Source: a virus
DNA: 64,000 nt
IMG/VR virus record: IMGVR_UViG_3300005542_000007
Coordinates: 64,001-128,000 of that record
Direction: 5' to 3' (one strand)
In this document: piece by piece, positions 17,330-26,393 of the stretch
How the letters are laid out: each line of letters opens with the position of its first letter
How positions within the stretch are numbered: position 1 is the first letter of the stretch
The notes under the pieces: model-generated
What the model was told of the DNA's origin: nothing
Databases searched by the model: none
What the model saw: only the letters and a program-made list of their open reading frames with translations
Program-made: the position numbers and the translations under genes

Positions 17330-19084
17330 TTGGTAGACCCAATATTGGGCCCTTCTGGGCAACCATTACCACCATCTAATCCGCTCCTTTCTCAGCAACC
17401 TGGGAACCTAAGTGCTACGGCAACTGTAAGCACAGGTTCTGCTCAGAGGGCTTTCGCTGAATTGCAGAAGGTTTTAGACAACATTATGAAGTCTTTTAGT
17501 GGGAATTGGGAAAAGGCTTCTAATGATAGTTTGAAAGCCCAGGAAAGATTTTATAGGTACGTTGGGGACAAAGACAATGAAAGAAGGGCCGCTTTAAAAC
17601 GTTATAGTAATGAAGCTATAGCGGCTATAGATGAGGAAACAAAAGCTAAACTAGAAGCTTTAGATTTCGAATTACAGGCTAAAAAGAAAACTCATGAAGA
17701 AGGCGAAAGAGAAAAAACTAAAATAACCACAGAAGCTTCTAGACTCAGGTCCAATATTGAACGAGATGCTCTTCGTAAAGAAGTAGATTCTAAGAAAATT
17801 TTAAATAGAATAGGCGGTGGAATTTCGTCTGTTGGAAGCCAAATAGGAGGTCCAATAGGTGGTCTGGTTTCGGGAGTAGGAAATTTCCTTACCAACCCAG
17901 CAGAGCTTATTCCAGCCGCCATTGCTGGGTCCATTATAGAAATGATGAATACCAGGGCTGCTTTCACAGCAACTGGAGCAAGATTGGCTGGTGCTGGTTT
18001 TGGTGTTGGTGCTGGAGCAGGTGCTGGATTAGATTTTACAACTGGACTTTTTGGCGGTCCCATTAGCCCATTTGGTCGTTCTTTATCGCAGTCGCAGCAA
18101 CGAGATATTATAAGTAATATGGCTGGGTCGCGTACAATGATTGACCAAGCCAGAGCCGCTGGTGGAATGGATGTTCTCAGAGGAAATCTTGGACTTTTTG
18201 CCAACATTCTTCCCGACGCTTCCAAAGAGATGGAGTTGTTTACTGATGCTACGAAGACCTTGGGAATGTCCCAAAAGGATATTTCTGGTACGTTCATGTC
18301 TTCTCGTGTAAATGCAGAAAGATTAAAAATAACACAACTCGATGCAATCTCAACGCAGATAGAAATGCAGAGAGCCCTTCGTAATATTACAAATGATGGG
18401 ACTGTCGCTGCAAGTGTTTTATTTAATGTTGGTGGGTTTTTAAAGGGTATTGGTACTTCTGAAGCAGAACGTCAACGCATAACTCTTGGTATTGCTCAGG
18501 CTGGAGCTAATCTTTCTCTTCCACAAATAGCTGGTATGCTTGCTTTCACCAGAGGAATGAGTCCAACTGGTCAGGGTATGGAACGTGCCATTTTTGGAAC
18601 CAATGGTGCTGGTGGAATGTTGGGCAATAAAGGTACTGGCGTATTTGGGTTGATGGGAGAGTTTTTCAATAAAGTTGGTGGACAAGCAAAAGATCCTATG
18701 CAGCGCTTGTTTATCGCAGATGCCATGAATCGGCAATTTGGGCTCGGACTTCGTACTCAGGATATTCCACAATTTTTCAATCTGTCTGAAAGACTAAGAA
18801 CAGGTGGAATGAATGAAAGGGAATATTCTAAACAGGTAGAATCTTTAACAAAACAAGCCAAAGCGATTACAATTGAAGGTATGGATAAACTGGTAAATGT
18901 TGTTAATCCCATAACACAACTTGAGAATGTATTCACAAATTTTTGGACAAAGATGGATCAACTTCTTTCTAAATATTTTGGAGATGCGACACATCCAAAA
19001 AATTATTTGCACAACGCCCCTAGAAAAAGTACTGATCGTAAACCTACTGCTGGACATGGGTTTGATGTGTATAAGGGGTTCTAA
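17330..19084 (+). CDS. Tape measure protein
   Basis: 584-aa helical A/G-rich ORF after chaperones; TTG start after GAGGA. Confidence 0.7.
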   Translation: MVDPILGPSGQPLPPSNPLLSQQPGNLSATATVSTGSAQRAFAELQKVLDNIMKSFSGNWEKASNDSLKAQERFYRYVGDKDNERRAALKRYSNEAIAAIDEETKAKLEALDFELQAKKKTHEEGEREKTKITTEASRLRSNIERDALRKEVDSKKILNRIGGGISSVGSQIGGPIGGLVSGVGNFLTNPAELIPAAIAGSIIEMMNTRAAFTATGARLAGAGFGVGAGAGAGLDFTTGLFGGPISPFGRSLSQSQQRDIISNMAGSRTMIDQARAAGGMDVLRGNLGLFANILPDASKEMELFTDATKTLGMSQKDISGTFMSSRVNAERLKITQLDAISTQIEMQRALRNITNDGTVAASVLFNVGGFLKGIGTSEAERQRITLGIAQAGANLSLPQIAGMLAFTRGMSPTGQGMERAIFGTNGAGGMLGNKGTGVFGLMGEFFNKVGGQAKDPMQRLFIADAMNRQFGLGLRTQDIPQFFNLSERLRTGGMNEREYSKQVESLTKQAKAITIEGMDKLVNVVNPITQLENVFTNFWTKMDQLLSKYFGDATHPKNYLHNAPRKSTDRKPTAGHGFDVYKGF

Positions 19085-19088
19085 TTAA

Positions 19089-19586
19089 ATGGCACAAATA
19101 TATCCCGTTAGAATCAATAATTTAAATTTCTTTGTAAATCCTCGAAATATGAAGATTACAAAAAATGTTTCGTATGGTACTCTTCCAACTCAGGGTGGAG
19201 TTCAATATCAAATTTGGTACAATACTCCAGAAACACTTGTTATTACTGGAGCCTCCGCTGGACAGACTGCGTATCAGGAACTTTTGTTCCTTAAGCAGCA
19301 ATTTGAGATGAACAATAAACTTTCCACCCTATTTTATAAAACGCAAGTTTATCAGGGTTTTATTACGCTGTTGGATGTGGAAGCTTCTACAGGACATTTG
19401 AATGAGTTTACATATACAATAAATTTTCAGCTTCTCTTTGGGCAACAATTTGCTATTGAAGATTTTTCAATTTCTACAACGAACAACGGATTAATTCAAG
19501 GTGCTATTGGTCGATTACAAACTATCTTAAATATTCCGCTAAATAAGGCTAGTGCGAATATCACGAATTTATTGAATAAATTTTAA
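19089..19586 (+). CDS. Baseplate tube-initiator-like protein
   Basis: FFVNPRNMKI...T.GG...W motif after TMP. Confidence 0.55.
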   Translation: MAQIYPVRINNLNFFVNPRNMKITKNVSYGTLPTQGGVQYQIWYNTPETLVITGASAGQTAYQELLFLKQQFEMNNKLSTLFYKTQVYQGFITLLDVEASTGHLNEFTYTINFQLLFGQQFAIEDFSISTTNNGLIQGAIGRLQTILNIPLNKASANITNLLNKF

Positions 19587-19588
19587 CC

Positions 19589-21889
19589 ATGGCAACAAAC
19601 GATCAGGTAAGCCAAGAGTATTTATTAATAAAGTGCTTTCTCTATAAATATACGCCCCCTTTTTCACAGGTGACGGTGCCTCCATCTGTATCCAGTAATT
19701 TTTCTCTTTCAACTTTTACACCCTATTCTGTACCGCTCGATGACACACAGTATTTTACAAAATATGACATTTCCAGATTTGTTACCGACTATACATTTGA
19801 ACAAAATATAGATGAAACAACTTATTCGTGGTCCGTGGAATTACAAGATTTGGCTTTGAGTTTTGGAACGATTAACAATAGCCTGAAAGTTACCCCAATA
19901 GCTGGAAACACTCTTAAGAATGGGCTTTCCTTTTCCCAAAGTACAGACTCACTTTCTTTGTTATCTGAGTATGAAACTGGGGCCAACACTTTCAATAATA
20001 ACAATCCAGCAACTGGAGAGTTGCCAATTTTAGGAGCAAAATCCAATCGTGGGTTAACTCCAGGACCTTTGACAGTACAAAATACAAACCTTAATTCAGC
20101 ATTATCGACAGTTCATGGATTGCGACTTAGTGATTTGATTCAAGAGTACGATTTTATTTCGGTGTTTCTTTATAAGAATCAAACTCCTATTACAGATATT
20201 TGGGGAGTATTCACTGTTGATGATTCTATAGCAAATAACCCGTTGCAGATTTTTACATACAAAGTTACTTCAAATACGACACCAGCATTTCAAAATTTTC
20301 AGAATCCTGTTGACCCATTTTTGCAGCAGGAATCCGTACTTTTAACAAAGATGCCAAATGGACAAACCCTCTTTTCCAATGAATTAAATGGGTTTGTTAT
20401 TAAAAAAAATGCAACAAGCTCCATCAACCAAGTAGATAGAGTTGTGGTAAGTGGAAATGGTTGGAGCAGATTATTCGGTTCAACCAGACGTGCCATAAAA
20501 ACTTCGTTATTTGCTAACGCTTTGTATCAAGCTGGACAAGTAACTGGTTTGAATGACGTGACTCCATATGAAAATATATATGCGGGTCAACCCATATCGA
20601 ATATTATCCAGGATTTATTTGATACGGTTTATAGGATTGATTTTAATACAACAACCAGCACCGCTGTTTCCGCTGCCGCGACACCCATAAATCCTTTAAA
20701 TTCTACCAATTTGGATACTTCTACGCAGGTACAGACAAACTTTTTTGCAAGTCCATTGGGACCATCGGGAACCACTTCTGCATCTGTATTTTCAGGACCG
20801 TCTCTTCCCCCACTTGGGTCAAGCTTTTATAATATTACGTCCTTGATTGTGGGAAATTCGTACCCAGCAAATTTATTTACTCTGCCTCAATATCTGTTAT
20901 CAACGGCAATGAAGTTCAGGCCGTTTGCTTATATTGAGCCAATCAATGTTCCAGCTTCCGCTTCTTTTATAAGTGGAGCCACATCAGCCGCTTTAAGTTT
21001 GGCTGGCGCTGGTTCTACTGGACAAATTTCACCAGCAATATTTCAGCAAGCGATTCAGAACTTTGATACGAGTGAACAGGTTATAAATTATGGCAGCACA
21101 AGTCCTGTATTTGTAGACCCAACTGTACAGAACCTAAAGGCGTATTTTCAATTTTTAGATACTGTCTTTTTACCTTACAGCCCTGAATTGCAAACACCCT
21201 ACGAGATTTTGGATCAGATTCGAGCTATTACATTTGTCGAAATTTATGAACAGCCCAACGGTCAATTTATTGTTCGTTCTCCTCAGTACAACAATTTTGC
21301 AGCTTCTGTTCCTGGACGATCTGATATAGGACTCATTCGCAGTAGCAATTTAGGTATCGTTTCTACTAATTATATGGAAACCGTAGAGAATTTGGTGAGC
21401 AAGCTTCTTACAGGCTATTCTCCAAATATTACACCCATTGATACATTGCAGCAATTTGGATACTGTGATGGAAAGCTTCTTATTCAAAACGGTTTATTAG
21501 AAATGGAGACAGCAGCAAATCCAAATGCAGCAACCGCCTCTTTATCCAACACGACAACCAATAACAGCAAGACAACTGGGATTTTTGGATGGGCAGAGTA
21601 TTTGATGGAACTATCAAACGCCAAATTGAAAACAGGCGCAATTGTTTGTGATTTGGATAACACAGTTCAGGTAGGACAAACTTTCATTGATGAGACAAAG
21701 TTTAAGTTTGGATATGTTATTGGGATAAGCAAACATGTATCTGTTACTGGTACAGCAACAATGACTCTCTCGTTATCCTATGTTAGAGATGCAGTTCCTG
21801 TATACAACGTTGATAATTCTATTCGAACTATTAATACAGACTTGCTTCCAGTTTTGACAGATATTGAAAATTCGTTTGCGAGTACTTAA
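19589..21889 (+). CDS. Baseplate hub-like protein
   Basis: 766 aa; EIYEQPNGQFIVRSPQYN and C-terminal GYVIGISKHV...TLSLSYVR motifs; synteny. Confidence 0.6.
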   Translation: MATNDQVSQEYLLIKCFLYKYTPPFSQVTVPPSVSSNFSLSTFTPYSVPLDDTQYFTKYDISRFVTDYTFEQNIDETTYSWSVELQDLALSFGTINNSLKVTPIAGNTLKNGLSFSQSTDSLSLLSEYETGANTFNNNNPATGELPILGAKSNRGLTPGPLTVQNTNLNSALSTVHGLRLSDLIQEYDFISVFLYKNQTPITDIWGVFTVDDSIANNPLQIFTYKVTSNTTPAFQNFQNPVDPFLQQESVLLTKMPNGQTLFSNELNGFVIKKNATSSINQVDRVVVSGNGWSRLFGSTRRAIKTSLFANALYQAGQVTGLNDVTPYENIYAGQPISNIIQDLFDTVYRIDFNTTTSTAVSAAATPINPLNSTNLDTSTQVQTNFFASPLGPSGTTSASVFSGPSLPPLGSSFYNITSLIVGNSYPANLFTLPQYLLSTAMKFRPFAYIEPINVPASASFISGATSAALSLAGAGSTGQISPAIFQQAIQNFDTSEQVINYGSTSPVFVDPTVQNLKAYFQFLDTVFLPYSPELQTPYEILDQIRAITFVEIYEQPNGQFIVRSPQYNNFAASVPGRSDIGLIRSSNLGIVSTNYMETVENLVSKLLTGYSPNITPIDTLQQFGYCDGKLLIQNGLLEMETAANPNAATASLSNTTTNNSKTTGIFGWAEYLMELSNAKLKTGAIVCDLDNTVQVGQTFIDETKFKFGYVIGISKHVSVTGTATMTLSLSYVRDAVPVYNVDNSIRTINTDLLPVLTDIENSFAST

Positions 21890-21890
21890 T

Positions 21891-22505
21891 ATGACTAAAA
21901 AATATGCAAAAAAATACAATAGAGAATATTATCAACTACATAAAGAAGAAATTAAAGAAGCTAGAAAAAATTATTATGAATTAAATAAAGATAAAATTAA
22001 AGAGTATCAAGCTGAGAATAAGGAAAAAATTAGAGAATATAAACACGAATATGATATCAAATATAATAAATTACATAAAGAAGAAAATGCTGCTCGTTGC
22101 AAAGAATATCAAGCAATACACAGAGAAGAAATTAGACAGTATAAAAATGAGTATCAAGATAATAGAAGAAAGACAGATCCTCTTTTTAAACTAGCTTGTA
22201 ATTTGAGAAAGAGAATACGTGCAGCGATTAAACAAAATAACAAAACTGGTTCTGCTGTTAAAGATTTAGGTTGTACCATTGAATTTCTAAAGAAATATAT
22301 TGAATCTAAATTCTACGGTGATATGACATGGGATAATTGGGGTACAGTTTGGGAACTAGACCACATAGTTCCGTTATTTAAATTTGATTTGATGGATAAA
22401 AAGCAGTTTAAGAGGGCTGTCAATTACAAAAATCTTCAGCCATTGACCAAAAAGGATCATAGAAAGAAAACGAATAGAGAAGTAAGTGAATGGAGTAATC
22501 ATTAA
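21891..22505 (+). mobile_element. Free-standing HNH-type homing endonuclease
   Basis: K/E/Y-rich N-terminus; LGCTIEFLKKYIESKF..MTWDNWG..WELDHIVP...NYKNLQPL; inserted between baseplate genes. Confidence 0.8.
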
Positions 22506-22509
22506 TTAT

Positions 22510-23532
22510 ATGGCAGATTATCGTATATTCCAGGCTCAAATTTTAGCCAAAGACCCAACGACCCCAAGGCAGTATTCGGTTGTTGAGATTCCAAATGGAC
22601 AGAAACTAGTTGGTGTTCAGCTTGGAAATGCCCTTAAAGACCAAAGTGCTCCGTTGCTTGGAAGTATTGTTTTGGTTTTGCAATTGGACGCCTATCGCTC
22701 TTATATTTTGATGGTGTTGCGAGAACCATTTAATTTTCTCACTACCAATACTCAATACCGTGGATTTATTCCAGCTACTGGAAATGTCAGTCAAGATATC
22801 GCAATTGGTGCAAACCCAGTACAAGATGGTGAAATTTTTATGGAAGCAACTGGTCCTGCTTCCCCCACCGGAGAAGGCATTCCAGGATTTGGTGCTCATC
22901 TATACTTGGGTAACAATGGAGTAGCACAGATTGAATCGGGCTCCATGGGAGAAAAGCTTATTATTGGTGGTGAAGGTTCTTCAGATGATCACGAAGTTAT
23001 TCTTTCAGCCGATAATGGGTTTATTGAAGGAAATCCAAACGATATAACTCAGATCCAAAGCACCTTTAATTGGGACAGTTTAAATAATTTGCAGTTTGGG
23101 AATGTGATTGCCAACCCAGTTACTTCCATTACAATTCCCCTAAGTGAATTGATGATGGATGCAATTGGGAACATTACTCTTCGAAATACTACCATAGGAA
23201 CTGGGGTGAGTTTGGCTTCTTTGAATATGGACCCCATTGGAGATATTTCGTTAACGGGAACTACAATTTCATTGAACAATGGTACTGAAGGCGTTGCTCG
23301 ATTGAACGATTTGACCACTTCCAATTTGGCAATCGATCCCCTATACTGGAAATTCGTTACTGCTATTCAGGCATTCTTTACAGCTTTATCTGCATTCCAA
23401 GGCGGTAATCCGGTTCTTCAATCTCAACTTGGAGTATTGGGGTCAACCTTTTTAGCCCAAGTTCCTATAGCACCCACTTCTTTAACGAGCAAGATTTCTA
23501 CGTCATCTATTACTGTAACGGCAGGTAACTAA
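22510..23532 (+). CDS. Baseplate central spike (gpV/gp5-like)
   Basis: N-terminal OB-like region (PLLGSIVLV), beta-helix-like middle, GVARLND near C-terminus; synteny. Confidence 0.55.
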   Translation: MADYRIFQAQILAKDPTTPRQYSVVEIPNGQKLVGVQLGNALKDQSAPLLGSIVLVLQLDAYRSYILMVLREPFNFLTTNTQYRGFIPATGNVSQDIAIGANPVQDGEIFMEATGPASPTGEGIPGFGAHLYLGNNGVAQIESGSMGEKLIIGGEGSSDDHEVILSADNGFIEGNPNDITQIQSTFNWDSLNNLQFGNVIANPVTSITIPLSELMMDAIGNITLRNTTIGTGVSLASLNMDPIGDISLTGTTISLNNGTEGVARLNDLTTSNLAIDPLYWKFVTAIQAFFTALSAFQGGNPVLQSQLGVLGSTFLAQVPIAPTSLTSKISTSSITVTAGN

Positions 23533-23533
23533 A

Positions 23534-24013
23534 ATGCCAAATCCAGCAACAACTCTTGGTCTTTGTGCAGTACAGTTCATTAGGGCTGTACTTTGTGGCA
23601 ACCCAACACTTAAAAGTACATTTAAAACTTTTCTAAATAGCCAGATTTTAGCTGCTGATGCTGAGATAGCAATTTTGGGGGCACAGGTTGCTAGACTTGA
23701 TATTTTAAATGAATTTGCTAATTTAGAAATTCAAACCTTAGCAGCAGTACAGAATAAAATTCAAGCTGATCTTAATGTGGTTCTTGGTCCTATGCAAGGT
23801 TCCGCAGCATGTCCAGTCATTAGTCAATTTATGCAGCAAGCGCAAAGCGGCTCTACTTTGAAAGCTCTTGCTGGAATTCAGAATCTAATTTATTCTTATA
23901 ACAGACGTGCATACGTAGCAAATGCAATTTCTAATCAAGTTAAAAGTTTGCAGAATTTTGTAAATACCGCCCAACAATTTTTAAATTTAATTGATCAAGT
24001 TTGTAGTTCTTAA
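23534..24013 (+). CDS. Hypothetical helical baseplate-region protein
   Basis: 159-aa ORF in operon. Confidence 0.5.
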   Translation: MPNPATTLGLCAVQFIRAVLCGNPTLKSTFKTFLNSQILAADAEIAILGAQVARLDILNEFANLEIQTLAAVQNKIQADLNVVLGPMQGSAACPVISQFMQQAQSGSTLKALAGIQNLIYSYNRRAYVANAISNQVKSLQNFVNTAQQFLNLIDQVCSS

Positions 24014-24024
24014 GGAGAAACTAA

Positions 24025-24501
24025 GTGAGCGATTTATTTTTATCGACAGCTAATACACCGGGACAACCACAATATCCACCTCAACAAGGAAGTCCACAAT
24101 TTTACTTTGGAGAACAGACTAATGATCTTCAGATAGGTACAGATAATGATTTTACTTTAGTAAGTGGAGTCGAAGAAACAACACAAGACGTACAGAAAAT
24201 TCTTATTACGGAACAGGGAGATAATACATTGTTTCCATTATATGGAACATTGCTTCAGAGTCTCATTGGAAATAAAATAAATCCAAATACAATTTCTGGT
24301 TCTGTGCAGCAAGAGATTGTGCAAGCTTTACAAGTACTCTTTTTACTTACACAGAATAGATCAAATCCAGCAGAGATTGTACAAACTTTATACTCTCTAC
24401 AAACTACATTACAGAGCGATACTAATATAGCAGCATTGCTTACGGTTATTGCAGCCTCCGGGCAAGAAATTACTACGGGTATTCAAATAGGTAATATCTA
24501 A
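24025..24501 (+). CDS. gp25/GPW-like baseplate wedge protein
   Basis: DL...DFTLVSG...Q...KILITEQG...FPLYGT motif. Confidence 0.7.
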   Translation: MSDLFLSTANTPGQPQYPPQQGSPQFYFGEQTNDLQIGTDNDFTLVSGVEETTQDVQKILITEQGDNTLFPLYGTLLQSLIGNKINPNTISGSVQQEIVQALQVLFLLTQNRSNPAEIVQTLYSLQTTLQSDTNIAALLTVIAASGQEITTGIQIGNI

Positions 24502-24512
24502 GGATTAAAATT

Positions 24513-26381
24513 ATGGCACTTCCTACATTTTCACAAATCGTTAGTTCGATGCTCTCCTTTTTGCAAGCAGAAAGGCCGGATATTAATACAAATACAGGAA
24601 CCGTAGTAAATGACGTAGTTGTATCTACAGTAGCGAATCAATTATCGGCTGAGAATGGTACATCTCCAAGCGTTTATTCTTCTATACAATATGTCCAAGA
24701 TGTTCAAGCCTTCGTTGATAATGCTGCTATTTTAGTTCCAACAGATTTAGACGCAATAGGTACAAACTATGGATTGGTAAGAAATCCAGGAACTCAAGCT
24801 ACGGGAATTATCACATTCCGTATTCGAAATTATACGCCTTCGAGCCCTATTGTTACTGTTCCATCGGGCACCGTAGTTTCTACATTAGCAACATCTCAAG
24901 CTCCCGCTGTTTCATTTTCTACTACGGCTACGGTAACTTTTACCCCCTCTCTCGCTCCTTCTTATTACAATCCTGTCACTGGTTTTTATGAGCAAAGTAC
25001 CACAATTGTCTGTCAGACAATTGGCACTGTTGGGAATGTTGGGGCTGCAACCATTGTTTCTCTTGTCGGTCCTACTATAGGAATTGATGCTGTAACTAAT
25101 ACAACAGCTACTACTGGAGGCACAAACGTAGAGAGTAATGTAGCCTTTGCAGGACGTATTCAAATTAAATTGGAAGGAAATAATGTTGGTACTCCAAATG
25201 GAATTATCAGTTTGATGGAAACCAACCCAAACGTTATCCAATCTCTTATTGTAGGGCCCAATGATCCTGAGATGATACGGGATCAATTTGGTGGAAGTGT
25301 GGATGTTTATATTAGAGGTCAGATTCCTGTAACGACAACCGATACTCCTACTTATACCACGACAGGATCTCAACAATTTGTCTTAGTTAATCAACCCGCT
25401 TTGTCTGTTGGGTCCGTTACAGGTATTGTTGGTGGTAATCCTTATACATTCGTCCCCAATACTGATTATAGTTTTGTGGAGAACCCAAATATTCTCTTTT
25501 CTGGAAGTATAGATGCAGCTAGTTATATTGTTTTTGGTACCAAAACATTTTTTAATATTGTAACCGTCGGTCTTCCGTTCACAGTAACTTCGGTAACAGA
25601 CGGTACCCATTTGTTGGTGAACAGTGTTACGGGAATGAGTCCCAGTGATACAATTGTTCAAGGAAGTAATACTACTACTATTACGGCAATCAACCCCATA
25701 GGATTTCCACCAAATACAATCGCCGTGGGAAGCACTATTGGTTGGATTGGTGGGGGAACGGCTGCGGCTGACATTTCAGTGTCACAATTAGTTGTTAACA
25801 CGACAAATGGTATGAATCCCGGCGACATAATTGTTCAGGGAGCCTTTTCTACTACGGTTAGTTCAGTTACAAATTCAACTACAGTAGTTGTTGGAAGCGT
25901 GTCTGGTTTTTCAGTAGGAACAGCCCATTTTACTGGGTTTTCACCCGACAATAATACAGTTATTACAATTACCTACACTTATGATAGTTTGATAGCAACA
26001 CTCCAAGCCCTTATTAATAATAACTCCAATCATATTGTTGCTTCCGATGTTTTAGTGCGGGAAGCAATCCAAGCATTGATTAATATAACGGCTGGAATTC
26101 TAATTGTTCCTGGATTTGTTCCATCCACGGTAGTGGCTAATGTAGAAACCGCACTTACCGATAATATCAACGCTCTTGGACTTGGAGCAGTACTTATTCT
26201 AAGTGAAATAGTTGCTATTATACAAGATGTACCAGGAGTGGATGAAGTCGATCTCACTAGTTTAGTTATTCAATCTACAGAAGGCATTGTTACTACCACC
26301 ATTCCCCCAGGGCAGCAAATTTCCGTAGGCAAAAATGCCTATACCGTTACAAACAATTTGACTATAACAGTAGAGTCATAA
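24513..26381 (+). CDS. Baseplate J-like wedge protein
   Basis: DLDAIG.NYGLVR..G..ATG, GTVGNVGA..I, GG.N.ES..AF..RI, GGSVDVYI, IQDVPGVDEV. Confidence 0.85.
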   Translation: MALPTFSQIVSSMLSFLQAERPDINTNTGTVVNDVVVSTVANQLSAENGTSPSVYSSIQYVQDVQAFVDNAAILVPTDLDAIGTNYGLVRNPGTQATGIITFRIRNYTPSSPIVTVPSGTVVSTLATSQAPAVSFSTTATVTFTPSLAPSYYNPVTGFYEQSTTIVCQTIGTVGNVGAATIVSLVGPTIGIDAVTNTTATTGGTNVESNVAFAGRIQIKLEGNNVGTPNGIISLMETNPNVIQSLIVGPNDPEMIRDQFGGSVDVYIRGQIPVTTTDTPTYTTTGSQQFVLVNQPALSVGSVTGIVGGNPYTFVPNTDYSFVENPNILFSGSIDAASYIVFGTKTFFNIVTVGLPFTVTSVTDGTHLLVNSVTGMSPSDTIVQGSNTTTITAINPIGFPPNTIAVGSTIGWIGGGTAAADISVSQLVVNTTNGMNPGDIIVQGAFSTTVSSVTNSTTVVVGSVSGFSVGTAHFTGFSPDNNTVITITYTYDSLIATLQALINNNSNHIVASDVLVREAIQALINITAGILIVPGFVPSTVVANVETALTDNINALGLGAVLILSEIVAIIQDVPGVDEVDLTSLVIQSTEGIVTTTIPPGQQISVGKNAYTVTNNLTITVES

Positions 26382-26393
26382 GAGGATAAAAAT

